A stretch of DNA of 64,000 bases from Limisphaerales bacterium. Lineage in GTDB: Bacteria > Verrucomicrobiota > Verrucomicrobiia > Limisphaerales > JAJOIW01. Positions 16,925 through 25,590 of this stretch are shown piece by piece. The DNA lies in contig CBFHOE010000002.1 of assembly GCA_965657355.1 (NCBI GenBank), positions 256,001-320,000 on the forward strand, read 5' to 3'. Positions within the stretch are counted from its first letter, which is position 1. The number at the start of each line of letters is the position of its first letter. The position numbers were made by a program, and so were the translations under genes. Below the pieces are notes generated by a model, which was given only the letters and a program-made list of their open reading frames with translations, was not told the DNA's origin and ran no database searches.

Positions 16925-19900
16925 TTATTCATTTAAAGGAATGAGTCTGAAGAATAATTCGGACTGAATCTCAGAATCATTAAAAGATAAATCATCTAGG
17001 TCAATTGCAATTATGTCGGCACCGTCTCTATTGACTAAATCAATTGCGGATGGATTGATTGCACCCCATGTTTCAAGGTTGTTGGAGACTTGTATCCGAC
17101 TAAAAACATCAATACCCGTGACCGATTGGAGTCCGTAAAGCCATAATGAATTATCCTCTGCCATATAACTTATGGATAGATTAATGAAATCTGAACCGTC
17201 ATTTGGGTTTTTACTGTCTTGAGATAGAGATGCCACATATGACTCGAAATTATTCTTACCATCGGAGTCGTTATCCTGGTAGCCATTGAACTTCAGTGAA
17301 CCGAAATTCTCCAACTCCCAATCATCAGGCAAGGCATCATTATCAACGTTCATAGGCAAGACGACTTGGCCTGAAAGCGATATAATACCGGTCATTCTGG
17401 GGCGTATTAAAAAATCTGAACTCGTTGGCGATGAATTGAGTCCGTGTATAGAAAAGACATTTTGCTCCTTATTAAAAAGAAGCTGATCACTAGAAATGTC
17501 AAATGTTTCAAAGGATACTGCTGATCTATCACTATTGGATGCACTGCTTCTAGAATTCCAGCCGAGTGAATTTAGATTTCTGACGTTCGCACTTGCTAGA
17601 ACTTTACCATTAAGATAAGCCACAAAGCCATCGTCGTACATCATTTCAAAGGCGATATTCTCAATTGTGGCATTATTAGGTTTGTGAATATTGAATCTTA
17701 TTAATGCTGATGCTGTTTTATTGCGCATTTGATCTAGGACAGACGTATTGATAAATGGTTCATATCCAGAGGAGGACTCATAGCCAATTCCCGAGAAACC
17801 CTGCCACCATTGTGTATCCTCAAAGTCTGAATCGTTCCAACCAATTAAATCAGCGCTATTCTCCGGAATGATATACTTTAAAGAATCTAAAGGATCGACT
17901 AATACAATATCATCTTCATTTTTGAGAAACAGGCTTTCTGTTCTGGACCAGTAATTTCCATTTGAGCTTTTACTCAAGATTTTGAAAAACCAAATTTGGC
18001 CGTGTCCAAGTCCTGCAATGGATCGCTCAATTTTATGATTGGTAACTGATCCCAAGGATTGACTGTTTTCCCAAAGCTTTTCGTTACCCCCAGCAGGGGT
18101 TTTCCCAAAAAATAAGGTGAGTTCAGTTTCATCAGAGATCCCTGGAAGCTCTATAGATAGATTCGCTCTACCATAACCATTTTGTTCAATTTTAACGATT
18201 CTGGAGACCTGGGGAAACCCTAGGGCATCATTATCCAATTCGGTCATGAACAATTCCGGAAAAATCAACATATCCGAACTTGAAACAGAGCTATTAAGAC
18301 CATGGATAGCTAAAATATTTTCCCCCTTTTCCAATAAATCAGTGGATACCTCTATCGGGTAGTCCTGACCAACAAGCGCTCGGCTATCAGGGTGACTCCT
18401 TGTTGCGCTTGAGTTCCATGCAGAAATACTTGGTGAGTTTGAAGAGGCTACAATCTTTCCATTTATATAAGCGATAAACCCATCATCGTAAAACATCCGC
18501 AAATCCAAAGATTTAACTATATCTGGATCTGTGACATTAAAGGGAATTCGTATGTAAACTGAAGCATTCTCATTATACATTGAGGACTCGAGATCAGTGT
18601 AAATCCATCGTTCATACCCAGAATTCCTTTCATACCCAACACCACCTTTACCCTCTTTCCAGCTGGCGTCCAAAAACCTTATATTTGTCCAATTTAACTT
18701 TTCTAATCCGTTTTCAGGAACCTTGACCTTTCGCATGGAGTTGCCGTCAACGACCTTGCCGGGAAGAAGAACCGCAAGTGAAAAATTTTCTATTGAACTG
18801 CCGCCCGAGTTCGAATCCACTGCCTCCATTTGCAACAGAAGCATCTCTTCATCCAAAGCTAATAATGAGTCCTTATTGAGGGAACTTATCGCCCCACCGG
18901 GATTAGAAACAGTGAATAGATCTGAATATTCACTTTCTAAAATTCTAAATTCGGGTGAAAAGTTTTCTGGGTCAGAATACTGCAAAGTCCCGATCTCATT
19001 ATTGGACTCGCTTATATTCAATTGAAAAATCTGATCTGGAACATAAATCGGTTCATTGATGTCACTCACAGCGATCTGCACAGTCAGTGAGCCAGTTTTA
19101 TCTAATGTGGCAACTTGAATCTGAAGAAAATGTTTGGTATTGCGTTCGTAATTCAAGTATCTCTCACTTTTCAGGCTAAGTTCGCCAGATAGAGTGTTTA
19201 GAGCGAATAAATCCAGTTCATTTCCATTAATTATTGAATAGACTGCCGATTCATTTATTCCCAAAAGCTGTTTCAGATTAGCAAGCACAGTCGCCGGAGC
19301 AAGTGTTTCAGGGACGCTTAAGCTGATGTCCTGATATGGAGTCGTGTTTCTTTCAAAACCTATTTTTACAGGTAAAAGAACTTCGGGCCCATCATGCACT
19401 CCAACATATACTTCTAGATCTTGTGTCACTCCGGGAATGACATCTATTTCGAGTATATGACCGTCACTTATCCCCACTCTATTTTTATAATTCTCGGGAA
19501 CATCATGGATAACAAACTGCCATTCCATGTCGGTCGGGGCTCCTAAGCTCTTGATATCTCGAATCGAGTTGCTGAGGTCCAACCTCAATATACCACCCTC
19601 TTGATTGAAAACTTTTAATCGCGGCTGCACCCAACCAAAATTGAGTGATGGCTTATCGATTACCTGGAGCTCTAATTCTTTCGAAAGAGACTGTGTATTT
19701 AGCTTGGCGATAAATTTAAAAATATAAGTACCAGGAACATTGAATTCCCAATTAATCATATCAGTATCTATATCCTCAGGCCCACGAATCTGTAACCATT
19801 GGCCAATCCCATCTTGCTTCTCATTATTTTCATCAAGGTAGAAAACACCAAAATCTGTAGGATCATAAACCCCGACTGGCAGAACCAAGAGGTTTGAAAG

Positions 19901-22900
19901 ACCTGAGATAGTACCAGCATCGGGTAGGTCTTGTCCTAAGAGGGCTGAAACTTCCGAAGGGGCCAAAGCTTCCTTAAAAATCTTTAATTCATCGAACGCC
20001 CCACGGAAGTAATCAGAGGTCGAATTCCCATTTCTAGAAACACCAAAGTTTGCCTCATCGATAGAATAAAGACCTTTAATAAACGACATACTTTGTTTTA
20101 CAACTGGATTCCCATCTATATATAAGGTGGTCAATCCAGATATTTCGGCAGTTAATAAAAGGTGATGCCATTCCCCATCATCGAGCCTATCTTCAAAAAA
20201 ATGAATGAGATCCATATTCCCCTGAGACTCTTTACGTTCGATATAAACCTCACCGCGATTTAAATAAATCTGATAGTTTTGAGTGCCATCTATTAGATCA
20301 CTGGCTGAAAAAATGATTTGCTTATCTGCTTCAGTGGTTTTAAACCACAACGAGATACTTCCTTCTCCCATCGCTTTCAAAGCATCAACCAAGGTGGTAA
20401 GTCTTAAATATTCGTTCGAGCCGTTTAATCGAGACGCTTGATTTCGGACCCCATCTACAAAGACATCAACATTTCTGTGATATATGGTGTTATTATTTCC
20501 ACTGACATCCAGAATACTGCCTCCTGAGATTTTATCTAATGGCCAATGGCCGAACAAAGAGGACATGAAAGGTGAGGCAGCCGTTTCTGATGCTTTGACA
20601 ATAACTGTCAGCATTCTTTGAGTAGAGTATTCGCCGTCACGGGCGGTTAGGGAAATAAGATATTTTCCTGGAGTCAGAGCTGTAAAGACCGCGTCCTCGA
20701 GGTCACCACCAGATATCGCATACTCAGCAGATGTGGGTGATTTTGTTACTCGCCAGTTAATATTTAGCTCCCCAGAAAGAGGGGCTATAGATTGTACATA
20801 TGTTTGAGCCTTTAATTCGAGTGAATCGCCAGCCCGCATACTCACAATATTTTGCTTGGGAGAAATTACGTCAACTAATGGAAATACAAAAGTAATAAAG
20901 TTTGTATGCCTTTTGAATGCAGCATCCTCAACAACGTACCTTATTCTGGCAACGCCGCGCGCTCCGTCATGTGGAGTGAAGGTAACACTGCCGGTATAGA
21001 AATTATTTCGGGCTACCCCTTTGTATGAGCTTTTAATTGTTTCAACTTCCATTATACCTTTTCCGGAATTCATATTCCGGAATAAAACAATTCGGCTCCC
21101 CCAACCAATATCGCCAGTGCCTGTTTGGGTATTACTTGGTGAACCAACCCCGTATGTTAAATTCAAATGTTGTAAAGATTGTCTTCCAGCAAGATAGTCA
21201 TTGGAAAGCGGATTTAAAGTTACGCTTCCCATCGACTTGTCCCAAACAATGATATCATTAACAGTGGTTGATTTGGTTTCCTGATAAATAATCCTTACGG
21301 AAAAGTTGGCTCCGCCCTGACGATATTGAAAAACTTCACTTCCTTTAGCATTTCTATTGGCTCGCACAACAATCAAAGAATCATCATCTTTACTGACGTG
21401 AACTATTGACATATTTGGGCGCTTCACAACAGAAATTGAGCCGTTCCTTTTTCCATCAAAAGAAATTGATTCACCGGGAGCCAAAGTCCATGAATCAACA
21501 GAAGTCGGTTTTCCAACAACTACAGCAACATCACCTTTGTGAAGCCAGCCCGAATCACTATTTCCCACATCTCCCTGGAGTGAATAACTAAAAAAAGCAG
21601 TACCTCCAAAAGTCAGTGAAGGTGTAAAAATGATATTAGCACCATCAATGGCGACCTCACCCGCATTTTGAGGCGAGACCTTACTGACTTCAGCAATGCT
21701 TAATCGGTTCACCTCTCCATGCCTGACTGAAGTCAGGTCGTTATTAAGAACCGGAATAGTAACTGGCTTACCCACCTCAGTTTCGGCGGAATCATTTTTG
21801 GCAAATGGTATCTCTCTGGGATTTCTCAGCAGTCTTTCGCCAGGCAACCTATTTCTGGAATGGCTGTAAATGGAAAATGCAGATGTCACTCCATTCTGAA
21901 CATCTGTAAAAAAATTCCTTCCGCCATCTCCGTTAGCAAAAGAATTCATAATTCCGCCATCTGAGTGTTCCGATCCCAAATTGTGTCCCATTTCATGAGC
22001 TAAAGTCGGCCAACCGGTATTTTCTCTTATTATGGCTACGGATGAAGCCCCTTGAATGGACCTTAAAAAAGCGACACCAAGGGAGTTTCCGGAAAGGCCA
22101 TTACCCCATTTAACGGCAGATGACCAGCCATGTAGAGATTGCCTTCTGTATTGATTACACCACGCTCTAAATTGATCCAGAGATTGAGGTATGTCATTAA
22201 AATCATTCGATGTTGGAGTGAGAACGAGTTCCTGCAAGAGGAGGCGTATACCAAGTTGGTTTTCGTATACAGAGGCAACATTTGAAATCATGGCAAGCCA
22301 CTGCGATGTCTTGTTTTGCAATAAGCTTTCTGAACGACCACCAGTAGCTTTTTTGTCCAAAACAGCCAACATCAGCATTGGCCGGAGTGAGCGAAAATAC
22401 ATATCCCCAGATGGAATTGTTTGCACGTATTTTTCAAGCTTACCATTTTGAGGATTGTATCCTCCCTGCTCTGCTACAGTTAATCCATCTACGAGGATTT
22501 CTGCTTCGCCAGCCACTTCCCATAAGTCGCTTGTCTGAGTCCTTCCCATCGCACGCATGAGGCATAGTGAAGAATTACTTTCCTTTTCGCATATGTAATG
22601 AAACCTGTCATGCGAATGGTATACTGACTCGAAACCACCATTTTCACTGGATCGAATCAAGGTCTGGCTTCCATCGGAATGAGTTATATTTGCAAACAAA
22701 GCATTTTGCACCACAGCAAGGCTATAAACCTCGGTATGGTCTGTTATCACTTTGTCGTCTATGAGCCTGATACCTTGATACGTTCGAGTTCCCCATTCTG
22801 CCTGCAGTTCATCGCCCAGAGTGTAACGGAAATTATCAGCAAGTATTGAAACTGGCCTCCATGCAATTTGATAATCAAATCGCCCTTGCGAGGTTTTTGT

Positions 22901-23251
22901 GACCAAACGAGTAGGGCATCCAGCGTCAATTTTTGATACGAGCTCACTCAGAGTCGGTGAAAATGCTTGGGCTGGATTAAGATCAAAGCCCAGAATTTCT
23001 GAGAATCCCTCGTCATTCGAATTCGCTGAAGCTGAGGATTTATTGGGGCTTGGATTGACACCTGGTTTGCTCGTAATAAATGGTTTCTGAAAAATGTTTT
23101 CTGGCTGGAGTTGAACCAGAGGTGATAACGAAACTGAAGGGTAATCAGGTGAAAAACCGACGTAACCCAACCTAAATAAAATCCCTAATATTAACCCTAG
23201 AAAAGCAACTTTAAAAATTCCTACACATCTAAAATTCCCAAATAACCGCAT
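16925..23251 (-). CDS. 2108-aa exported multidomain protein: metzincin (M12B/reprolysin-like) peptidase, Ig-like, LamG-like, cadherin-like and two jelly-roll repeats
   Basis: HEMGHNLGSEH (21997-21965) plus Met-turn GIMN; VTIPVLNND Ig repeats; GHWPLD..SLWFK..DGEWHH..FDELKIF LamG; LNYE..VSDINE cadherin; two YDDGF.AY.NG repeats. Confidence 0.85.
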   Translation of the reverse strand: MRLFGNFRCVGIFKVAFLGLILGILFRLGYVGFSPDYPSVSLSPLVQLQPENIFQKPFITSKPGVNPSPNKSSASANSNDEGFSEILGFDLNPAQAFSPTLSELVSKIDAGCPTRLVTKTSQGRFDYQIAWRPVSILADNFRYTLGDELQAEWGTRTYQGIRLIDDKVITDHTEVYSLAVVQNALFANITHSDGSQTLIRSSENGGFESVYHSHDRFHYICEKESNSSLCLMRAMGRTQTSDLWEVAGEAEILVDGLTVAEQGGYNPQNGKLEKYVQTIPSGDMYFRSLRPMLMLAVLDKKATGGRSESLLQNKTSQWLAMISNVASVYENQLGIRLLLQELVLTPTSNDFNDIPQSLDQFRAWCNQYRRQSLHGWSSAVKWGNGLSGNSLGVAFLRSIQGASSVAIIRENTGWPTLAHEMGHNLGSEHSDGGIMNSFANGDGGRNFFTDVQNGVTSAFSIYSHSRNRLPGERLLRNPREIPFAKNDSAETEVGKPVTIPVLNNDLTSVRHGEVNRLSIAEVSKVSPQNAGEVAIDGANIIFTPSLTFGGTAFFSYSLQGDVGNSDSGWLHKGDVAVVVGKPTSVDSWTLAPGESISFDGKRNGSISVVKRPNMSIVHVSKDDDSLIVVRANRNAKGSEVFQYRQGGANFSVRIIYQETKSTTVNDIIVWDKSMGSVTLNPLSNDYLAGRQSLQHLNLTYGVGSPSNTQTGTGDIGWGSRIVLFRNMNSGKGIMEVETIKSSYKGVARNNFYTGSVTFTPHDGARGVARIRYVVEDAAFKRHTNFITFVFPLVDVISPKQNIVSMRAGDSLELKAQTYVQSIAPLSGELNINWRVTKSPTSAEYAISGGDLEDAVFTALTPGKYLISLTARDGEYSTQRMLTVIVKASETAASPFMSSLFGHWPLDKISGGSILDVSGNNNTIYHRNVDVFVDGVRNQASRLNGSNEYLRLTTLVDALKAMGEGSISLWFKTTEADKQIIFSASDLIDGTQNYQIYLNRGEVYIERKESQGNMDLIHFFEDRLDDGEWHHLLLTAEISGLTTLYIDGNPVVKQSMSFIKGLYSIDEANFGVSRNGNSTSDYFRGAFDELKIFKEALAPSEVSALLGQDLPDAGTISGLSNLLVLPVGVYDPTDFGVFYLDENNEKQDGIGQWLQIRGPEDIDTDMINWEFNVPGTYIFKFIAKLNTQSLSKELELQVIDKPSLNFGWVQPRLKVFNQEGGILRLDLSNSIRDIKSLGAPTDMEWQFVIHDVPENYKNRVGISDGHILEIDVIPGVTQDLEVYVGVHDGPEVLLPVKIGFERNTTPYQDISLSVPETLAPATVLANLKQLLGINESAVYSIINGNELDLFALNTLSGELSLKSERYLNYERNTKHFLQIQVATLDKTGSLTVQIAVSDINEPIYVPDQIFQLNISESNNEIGTLQYSDPENFSPEFRILESEYSDLFTVSNPGGAISSLNKDSLLALDEEMLLLQMEAVDSNSGGSSIENFSLAVLLPGKVVDGNSMRKVKVPENGLEKLNWTNIRFLDASWKEGKGGVGYERNSGYERWIYTDLESSMYNENASVYIRIPFNVTDPDIVKSLDLRMFYDDGFIAYINGKIVASSNSPSISAWNSSATRSHPDSRALVGQDYPIEVSTDLLEKGENILAIHGLNSSVSSSDMLIFPELFMTELDNDALGFPQVSRIVKIEQNGYGRANLSIELPGISDETELTLFFGKTPAGGNEKLWENSQSLGSVTNHKIERSIAGLGHGQIWFFKILSKSSNGNYWSRTESLFLKNEDDIVLVDPLDSLKYIIPENSADLIGWNDSDFEDTQWWQGFSGIGYESSSGYEPFINTSVLDQMRNKTASALIRFNIHKPNNATIENIAFEMMYDDGFVAYLNGKVLASANVRNLNSLGWNSRSSASNSDRSAVSFETFDISSDQLLFNKEQNVFSIHGLNSSPTSSDFLIRPRMTGIISLSGQVVLPMNVDNDALPDDWELENFGSLKFNGYQDNDSDGKNNFESYVASLSQDSKNPNDGSDFINLSISYMAEDNSLWLYGLQSVTGIDVFSRIQVSNNLETWGAINPSAIDLVNRDGADIIAIDLDDLSFNDSEIQSELFFRLIPLNE

Positions 23252-23317
23252 AATTTATTTAAATGAGTCTGATCTAAGATAATCCAAAAGCTTAATTTTT
23301 AAATCCCTTGGCAACGA

Positions 23318-25339
23318 TTATTTTTCGAGTAGTTTTTGTTCAATAGCTTTTACAACAAATTCAGCCAATAGTTCACTTCCTTTTGGGGTAAAATGAACGT
23401 CACCGGGGGCCCTGGTCAATTCATGGAATCGATGATTCGTGGCAGCATGTAAATCATTTATGGATATGCTATATTTATCCATGATCTTTTTTGCTCTTTC
23501 ATTGTAAAGAATTTCACTTCCTGCATACCTACCTGGCTCATTTTCAGGAACAGGCGTAGTAGAAGCCCAAATAAGTCGAGCGCGAGACCTTCTGAGCTTC
23601 TTGACGATTTGCTCTAACTGGACTTCATAATCATCCAGGTTAGTCGTCAAAACCCCTTTTCTTTTATCTCTTTTCCCTTGTATTTCCGATTCTGGATGGC
23701 GGTAGCACAAGTCGTGCAGCCCCCAATTAAAATGAATGACATCCCATCTATCCTCACCAAGCCAGTTATCTAATTTTGATAATCCATACTGAGTGTATCT
23801 AGCGTTACCAGGGTTGTGATGAATTTCCCATTCATCATCCCTCATGGCTTTGAGCGAGGACATAAAACCGATCGAAATGGAATCACCCAGTACAAGAACT
23901 CGAGGTTTCCTTGTTTCTTCATTTTCGGATGGCTGTTTGGTGCGAACAAAATCAGCTTTTTTTCTCCATTCATGCCACTTTCGAGCATATTTTTTTGTTA
24001 AAAGTGCTTGATCCTTGAGAAGGATATTTTGCTCGGGCTTGTCAATATCCGGACCGACGTCGTAGACAGCTTGTTTATTCTTTCCACCCAAATCGATCCA
24101 TTTCATATTTCCATGGCGTAGTGCTTTTTGGTTCCCATGCTGCCAATAGATAAATCTATCATTTGTCACAGGTGCTGTTTTTCTGAGAACATTGGAAAGA
24201 TCCAATCCGTCAATCATTCGCAGTCGTTGGTCTGGTATTTTTAACCCAGCGAATCCCGCGATCGTAGGAAAAAGGTCAATACCTGACATCAGTTGGGAGC
24301 ACTTAGATTGATGGCCCAAGGTTCCCGGCCATGAAAATATAGCAGGGACTCGGTGCCCACCCTCCCAAAGGCTTCCTTTAGTTCCTTTCCATGGTTTATT
24401 AGACCCAAGATTATTAGCCCCATTATCTGAAAAGAAAATAATGAGTGTGTTTTCCAGCTGATTTGTGTCCTTGAGAGCATTTAAAATATCACCCACACCT
24501 CGATCCATTGATTCCACCATTTCACGATAAGCCTCCTTTTTGTCTTTTCTTGATCCCGAGTTTGCAAACTTTCCACCTTCTGTTCTTTCAGCCGAATCGT
24601 TTGGCCCTTGGTAAGGGTAATGAGGTGCTTCGTGAGCAACGTATAGAAAAAAGGGGGTTTGGGAGTTTTTCTTTTTTGACTGAGCTCTGATGAAATCCAC
24701 AGAGAACCCTGAAATCAAATGAGTAACATACCCTTTTTCCTCTACAAAAGTTTTGTCGTGCCACCAATCAAATTGGCCACTTTGATCAATATGGGAAAAA
24801 AAATCTATATTACCACTGACATACCCCTTGAATTTATCAAAGCCTTGCCCGGTTGGATTATATTTCTTGTAGTATCCCAAATGCCATTTGCCGAAAATCG
24901 CAGTCTGGTAATGATTCGCCTTGAAAAATTCCGCAATTGTAAATTCTTCTGGTTGTAATCCGTTGATGTGCTGTGCGCGATTTGAATCAGCATAAACAAC
25001 CGAGTCAACTCCTGTTTTTTGAGGATATCGGCCAGTTAACCAAGCTCCACGCGTAGGACTACAGACAGCTCCATTGCTATGGAAGTCGCCCATTCTTATT
25101 CCTGAATCGGCGAGACTATCAATATTTGGGGTGGAAATCCATCCGCCATAGCAACTCAAATCTGAATAACCTAGGTCGTCAGCTAAAATAACGACTATAT
25201 TTGGACCAGTCCTTTGCGCCGCCTCAAAACCAAAGGCATGAGGCGCAATCTGAACAAGAAAAATCAGCAGGACAAACAAATCTCTTGTCAATATACTCAT
25301 TTGACGGGACATAAGCACAAACACTATCAAATCCAACAT
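23318..25339 (-). CDS. Formylglycine-dependent sulfatase fused to a C-terminal SGNH hydrolase (start may be ATG 25300)
   Basis: PNIVVILADDLG, CSPTRGAWLTG, GKWHLG, FSDNG; C-terminal GDSIS, FNWGLHD, DVHF. Confidence 0.92.
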   Translation of the reverse strand: MLDLIVFVLMSRQMSILTRDLFVLLIFLVQIAPHAFGFEAAQRTGPNIVVILADDLGYSDLSCYGGWISTPNIDSLADSGIRMGDFHSNGAVCSPTRGAWLTGRYPQKTGVDSVVYADSNRAQHINGLQPEEFTIAEFFKANHYQTAIFGKWHLGYYKKYNPTGQGFDKFKGYVSGNIDFFSHIDQSGQFDWWHDKTFVEEKGYVTHLISGFSVDFIRAQSKKKNSQTPFFLYVAHEAPHYPYQGPNDSAERTEGGKFANSGSRKDKKEAYREMVESMDRGVGDILNALKDTNQLENTLIIFFSDNGANNLGSNKPWKGTKGSLWEGGHRVPAIFSWPGTLGHQSKCSQLMSGIDLFPTIAGFAGLKIPDQRLRMIDGLDLSNVLRKTAPVTNDRFIYWQHGNQKALRHGNMKWIDLGGKNKQAVYDVGPDIDKPEQNILLKDQALLTKKYARKWHEWRKKADFVRTKQPSENEETRKPRVLVLGDSISIGFMSSLKAMRDDEWEIHHNPGNARYTQYGLSKLDNWLGEDRWDVIHFNWGLHDLCYRHPESEIQGKRDKRKGVLTTNLDDYEVQLEQIVKKLRRSRARLIWASTTPVPENEPGRYAGSEILYNERAKKIMDKYSISINDLHAATNHRFHELTRAPGDVHFTPKGSELLAEFVVKAIEQKLLEK

Positions 25340-25526
25340 TTTTCTCCACAGAAATTACAATGAGATTGGATGAGAAAAATGCATCATGAGGCTGAAATTA
25401 ATTTCAATACATCTCAGGAATTCATCATTAGAGGGTGTTTTGAGGTTAAAACCTCGAGGAAATCAAATAGAGATCCAGAAAAAACAATATCCTTATCCAT
25501 GAAAAACCATCACATATCTCCTAGAG

Positions 25527-25555
25527 TTGCCAACAGAAGTTCTTTAGATTAGCAT
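25527..25555 (+). promoter_or_regulatory. sigma70-like promoter of the amino-acid symporter
   Basis: TTGCCA-17 nt-TAGCAT, 35 nt upstream of ATG 25591. Confidence 0.55.
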
Positions 25556-25590
25556 TTAATCTGCTTTACTCGTCTTATCGACTCACCATC

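Noticed and set aside
25370..25552. 60-aa intergenic ORF
   Set aside because: No motifs and overlaps the predicted symporter promoter
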